Assembly (NCBI GenBank): GCA_016748015.1
Contig: JAAOMT010000757.1
Span: forward strand, 1-26,641
Direction of reading: 5' to 3'
From: Geosiphon pyriformis uo1
Taxonomy: Eukaryota > Fungi > Glomeromycota
DNA length: 26,641 nucleotides
Shown: piece by piece, positions 21,605 through 26,641 of the stretch
Position numbering within the stretch: position 1 is the stretch's first letter
Layout of the letters: each line of letters opens with the position of its first letter
The notes under the pieces: model-generated
The model's database searches: none
What the model was told of the DNA's origin: nothing
The model's input: the letters and a program-made list of their open reading frames with translations, nothing else
Translations under genes and position numbers: made by a program

Positions 21605-22609
21605 CGGGGGGGGGGCTCCGCCCCCCCGCCCTTAATCCCCCCCCGCCCACCCTCCAGTCCACAGGGCTCTCCCCCCCCCTCCGGGGGGGGGATTGTCCCC
21701 CCCCCGTCGTAGACGGGGGGGAGGACTGGAGGGGGGGGGAACCTTGCGGGGGGGAGTGCTCCTTTTGGGGGGGCTCCGCCCCCCCTCGGCTCGCCCCCCG
21801 CCTACGGCGGGGGAGTGCTCGCCCCCCCAGCACGGAGTGCGGGGGGAGTGCTCTCTCCCCCCCTGCCCTCCGGGCAGGGGTTTGCTCGCCCCCCCCGCAC
21901 TGGGGGGAGGGGGGGGGGCTCCGCCCCCCCTCCCCGCCCCCCCCGCCTACGGCGGGGGGGAGTGCCCGTCCCAGCTTCCCCCACCTGCCCTCCGGGCAGG
22001 GGGGCCGCCCCCCCCCCGTGCAATTCTTGTTGTCGTAGGGGCTTCGCCCCTACTTCTTCTATCAAGTGGGACGGGGGGGAGTGCCTGGGGGGGCTTCGCC
22101 CCCCCCCTCCTCGCCCCCCGCCAGGATTCCCCGGGGGAGTTGCTCGGAGGCCGGCCATAGGCCTGCCTCCCTCCCCCTCCCCCCTGCCCTCCGGGTCCCC
22201 CCCCCCCACCCGAGGGGGGAGGGCAGGGGGGGGGGCGCCCCACGTCTGGTGACGGGGGGGAGTGCCTGGGGGGGTGGACGGGGGGCTTGCCCTGCGAACC
22301 ACCCCGCCCCACGTCCCCAGCCGGCCAGGGAGTCGGGGGGCTCCGCACCACGGGGGGGGGGCTCCGCCCACCCCTCCCCGCCCCCACCCTAGCCTACGGC
22401 GGGGGGGAGTGCCCGTCCCCCCCCACGCACTGCGGCCCCCAACGCAACTCCGCTCGTCCCACCAAACCTGCCCCCCGGGCCCTCCCTCGCCTTCCCCCCC
22501 CCCCGCACTTGGATTNNNNNNNNNNNNNNNNNNNNTGCTGGAGGGGTGGGGGTTCAGGGGGGGAAGTGTGGGGCGGCGTGTGGGGCAGGGGGTCGACAAT
22601 GAGTACTAC

Positions 22610-22765
22610 CCATGAGACCCGAATCTAGGTGAGCTTACCATGGCCAAGCAATAGAGGCTGGACGGGTGTCCGTTACAGGGGGCTCCGATGAGCCGTGGTA
22701 AGGGGTGAAAGGCCAATCTAACCTGGATATAGCTGGTAATCTGCGAAAGCTATCTTAGTAGTACA
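22610..22765 (+). rRNA. rnl: LSU rRNA module L5 (domain II, about E. coli 665-830)
   Basis: AGACCCGAATCTAGGTGAGCTTACCATGG...GATGAG...GGGGTGAAAGGCCAATCTAACCTGGATATAGCTGGTAATCTGCGAAAGCTAT. Internal stems CTTACCATGG/CCGTGGTAAG and CTAGGT/ACCTGG are compensated. Confidence 0.93.
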
Positions 22766-23789
22766 CCTACAACGCCTCCTAGCCGGGGGGCCCTCGGCCT
22801 CCGGCCACCCCGCCATGCAGGCCGGGCACATCTGCCACTCCTCCCCCCGCTTCGCGGTGGTGGAGGAGCCCCCCCCGCCTGTCCCCCTTCCCCCCCCAGC
22901 ACGGCGTAGCCCTTTGCAAGGAGAGGGGCTTTGCCCCTCTCCTATCTGAGTAAGAAGAGAGGCTTTGCCCTCTTCTATCTCCCCCGCAAGGCGGGGGAGT
23001 ACTCTCCCCCCCCTCCCCCCCCGCCGGTGGTGGGGGGTGGGGGGGGAGAGATCTCTCTCCCGTCCCCCCCCCCTCCTACTCTCTAGCACTCCCCCCCGTC
23101 TACGACGGGGGGGGGGGCGATACTCCCCCGCTATGCGGGGGAGATAGAGGGGGGCAAAGCCCCTCTTACTCTCTCCCCCCGGAGGGGGGAGAGAGATCTC
23201 CCAAACCCCCCCCCCTTGCGGGGGGGGTGTGAGGGAGTAGGGGGGGGGGCGAAGCCCCCCATAGGGGGGGCGGGGCCCCCCCATAGCCCCCCGCAGGGCG
23301 GGGGGAGGAGTAGGGGGGGAGGGATTAAGGACTCCCCCAGCCTGCGGGGGAGTGGAGAGGGGCTTTGCCCCTCTCCTATCTGAGTAAGAAGAGAGGCTTT
23401 GCCCTCTTCTATCTCCCCCGCAAGGCGGGGGAGTACTCTCTCCCCCCCCCCTTTGGGGGGGGGGCAGGGGGGAGAGAGATCTCTCTCCCGTCCGAGTAGG
23501 GGGGGAGTGCTCTCGGGGTGGGGGCTTCGCCCCCCCCTTCTTCGCCCCCCCGCCTGAGTGCGGGGGGAGTGCTCTCCCCCCCCTCCCCCCCCGCCGGGGT
23601 TGGGGGGTGGGGGGGGAGAGATCTCTCCCCCTGCCCCAACCTTTGGGGGGCAAGTGGGGAGAGTACGGGGAGATTCGGGGAGTGGTGGCGAAGCCCCCTC
23701 CCCCCTCCTCCCCCCGCCTTCGTGCTTGGGGGGGGAGATCTTAGACCCGTCGACGGGTCTTAGCTCGGGGGGGAGAGGCAATAGAGACC

Positions 23790-23900
23790 ACTGCCCTGAC
23801 CAACTCCGTGCCAGCAGTCGCGGTAATACGGAGAGGGCTAGCGTTATCCAAACTGATTGGGCCTAAAGCGTATGTAGGCTGTCTGGTAAGCTTTGATATG
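23790..23900 (+). rRNA. rns: SSU rRNA module S4 (530 loop region, about E. coli 500-605)
   Basis: CAACTCCGTGCCAGCAGTCGCGGTAATACGGAG...AGCGTTATCC...TTGGGCCTAAAGCGTATGTAGGC. Confidence 0.96.
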
Positions 23901-24800
23901 GTAGCCCCTACTCCCTCCCCCCCCCCTGCCCGCAGGGTTGGGGAGTTCGCCCCCCCCCCCCCCGGNNNNNNNNNNNNNNNNNNNNCTCCTCGCCCCCCCC
24001 CGCACTTCGTGCCCGCCTTCGTGCGGCACTTCGTGCGGCACTTCGTTCGCCCTTAATCCAGTCCCGGGCTCTCCCCCCCCCTCCGGGGGGGGGATTGTCC
24101 CCCCCCCGTCGTAGACGGGGGGGAGGACTGGAGGCCCTTAATCCAGTCCCGGGCTGTAAGGGGGGGGTGGAGGGGGAAGGGGGAGTGCACTCCCCCGGCC
24201 TTGTGCCGCCCCCTGCCCTACGGGCAGGGGGACTCTCCCCCCTGCCCTCCTCCCCCCCCCTCCAGCCCTTGGACTCTCCCCCCCCCTCCGGGGGGGGGAT
24301 TGTCCCCCCCCCGTCGTAGACGGGGGGGAGGACTGGATTGACTCTCTCCCCCCCCCCCCGCCGGTGGTTGGGGGGTGGGGGGGGAGAGAGATCTCCCAGA
24401 AGGGCGGGCAGGGGGGCTCTCCACACGTCTGCACTCCCCCCCCACTACGGCGGGGGGGGGCCGTGACGGTGTGTGGNNNNNNNNNNNNNNNNNNNNGTGC
24501 CTACTCCCCCCCTCCGGGGGGGAGATCTCCCCGACCGGAGAGGGGGCTTCGCCCCCTCTCCTCACTCAGATTGGAGGGAGCTTCGCTCCCTCCATACACA
24601 CTCCCTACGGGAGTGTGATCCCCCCCCCCGCACTTCGTGCTACTCTCAGATTGGAGGGAGCTTCGCTCCCTCCATACTCTTCTAATATAATCCCTACGGG
24701 ATTATTATAGTAGTGATCCCCCCCCCTACTCTCCCAGTATGGGGGGGAGTAGCGGGGGGGAGTAGACGGGGAGTAGGGGGGGTGCGTGGGGAAAGGGGGT

Positions 24801-24836
24801 AGATGGTAGCCCTTTTGCACCTGCAACTATAGACCA
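24801..24836 (+). rRNA. rnl: Possible LSU module L4 (about E. coli 555-595)
   Basis: GATGGTAGCCCTTTTGCA resembles bacterial GATGGCGTGCCTTTTG(C/T)A. Short match only. Confidence 0.3.
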
Positions 24837-24904
24837 ACCCCACCAACCACACCCTGACGACACAACTGACATGACACAACCACCAACCACCCAAAATATC
24901 CATA

Positions 24905-24975
24905 CCCTAAGATGATCCTTAAAGATTTAAGAGGTTCTGAAGACCTGTTAATAGGACAGGAGGTCCTGAGGGCTG
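24905..24975 (+). rRNA. rnl: LSU rRNA module L12 (3' end region, about E. coli 2772-2845)
   Basis: CCTAAGATGA...TGAAGAC..GTTAATAGGACAGG resembles CCGAGATGA...TGAAGACGACGACGTTGATAGGCCGGG. Confidence 0.55.
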
Positions 24976-26641
24976 CTCCCCCCACCGGATGGGGCTAGCC
25001 CCCCCAAGCACCCCCCCCCGTCTGGGACGGGGGGGGGNNNNNNNNNNNNNNNNNNNNTCCACCCCCCCCGTCGGCACTCCCCCCCGCCACACTCCCTCCC
25101 CCCATGCCCTCCGGGCACTCCCCCCCCTGTTGGAGGCCCTCCGTGGCCTCCTTAATCCCCCCCCTGCCCTCCTCCCCCCCCCTCCAGCCCTTTGGACTCT
25201 CCCCCCCCCTCCGGGGGGGGGATTGTCCCCCCCCCGTCGTAGACGGGGGGGAGGACTGGAGAGGGCGGGCAGGGGGGCTCTCCACACGTCGGGGACGTGT
25301 GTAGAGCTCTCCCCCCCGCCTACGGCGGGGGGGGCGAACTTGGGGGGCGGAGCCCGGAGTGGGGGGCTCGCCCCCCCGCCTACGGCGGGCGCCCTCCGGC
25401 GGAGAGGGGGCGAAGCCCCCTCTCCCTCGCCCCCCCCCGCCTACGGCAGGGGGGGGGGGCGCCCCCCCCGTCTGGGACGGGGGGGAGTGCCTACTCCCCC
25501 CCTCCGGGGGGGAGATCTCCCCGACCGGAGAGGGGGCTTCGCCCCCTCTCCTCACTCAGATTGGAGGGAGCTTCGCTCCCTCCATACACACTCCCTACGG
25601 GAGTGTGATCCCCCCCCCCGCACTTCGTGCTACTCTCAGATTGGAGGGAGCTTCGCTCCCTCCATACTCTTCTANNNNNNNNNNNNNNNNNNNNGCCCCC
25701 CCCGTGCAATTCTTGTTGTCGTAGGGGCTTCGCCCCTACTTCTTCTATTAAGGAGTAAGGAGGTCTCCTATCTCCCCCGCAAGGCGGGGTGAGTAAGGAG
25801 GTCTCCTATCTCCCCCGCCGCAGGCGGGGGAGTAAGGTCTCCTATCTCCCCCGCAAGGCGGGGGAGTAAGTGGGACGGGGGGAGTGCTCCTCCCCCCCCG
25901 CACTTCGTGCGCGGGGGGGAGTCTCCCCGACCGGAGAGGGGGCTTCGCCCCCTCTCCTCACTCAGATTGGAGGGAGCTTCGCTCCCTCCATACACACTCC
26001 CTACGGGAGTGTGATCCCCCCCCCCTCCCCCGCCCGCACCCCCCGTACGTAGTGTGCGGGGGGAGGACGGGACGGGGGGGGGAGTAGACGGGGAGTAGGG
26101 GGGGAGTGCGGGGNNNNNNNNNNNNNNNNNNNNNNNNNNNNNNNNNNNNNNNNNNNNNNNNNNCTCCTACCAACCACCCCCCCGGGGGGGGGGTGTTGAG
26201 CCCTCCCCCCCGCCTACGGCGGGGGGGGCGAAGCCCCCCCCCTTTGCAAGGAGAGGGGCTTTGCCCCTCTCCTATCTGAGTAAGAAGAGAGGCTTTGCCC
26301 TCTTCTATCTCCCCCGCAAGGCGGGGGAGTACTCTCCCCCCCCTCCCCCCCCGCCGGGGTGGGGGGTGGGGTGGGGAGAGATCTCTCTCCCGTCCGAGTG
26401 CAAGGAGAGGGGCTTTGCCCCTCTCCTATCGGAGTAAGAAGAGAGGCTTTGCCCTCTTCTATCTCCCCCGCAAGGCGGGGGAGTACTCCCCCCCCTCCCC
26501 CCCCCGCCGGGGTGGGGGGTGGGGGGGGGAGATTGTAGGGGGCTTCGCTCCCTACTACACTCTCCCTACGGGAGAGTGATCCCCCCGTCTCGACGGGGAG
26601 TAGGGGGGGGGGCGAAGCCCCCCCCATAGGCCGGGGGGCCT

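Overview
This window is a very GC-rich, repeat-dominated organellar-type scaffold made of about 24 short segments joined by 23 fixed-length N gaps (20 or 50 N). It contains no credible protein gene or tRNA; the ORF track is G/P/R-rich noise from G/C homopolymer repeats. Nearly all non-repetitive islands (about 40-460 bp, more balanced composition) match pieces of small- or large-subunit rRNA, and all lie on the + strand. I count 7 SSU pieces and about 13 LSU pieces. They are out of order, and SSU and LSU pieces are interleaved even inside gap-free segments. Helices that join different modules (SSU h2 central pseudoknot, h3, h4, h20, h21) show compensatory base changes, which argues that the pieces assemble into a working ribosome. 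Signature sequences (GTGCCAGCAGTCGCGG, CAGCAGTGAAGCATGTTGTTT, SRL GTACGCAAGGA, GGGTTAAGTACGACGCGAGTCAGTACGG) look fungal-mitochondrial. The spacer DNA is a mosaic of a small set of hairpin and double-hairpin elements with C(GNA)G / C(UNCG)G loops. A Tn5/Nextera mosaic end and long poly-C tracts indicate some assembly artefacts. All rRNA alignments were made by eye against remembered E. coli sequence, so E. coli numbering is approximate.
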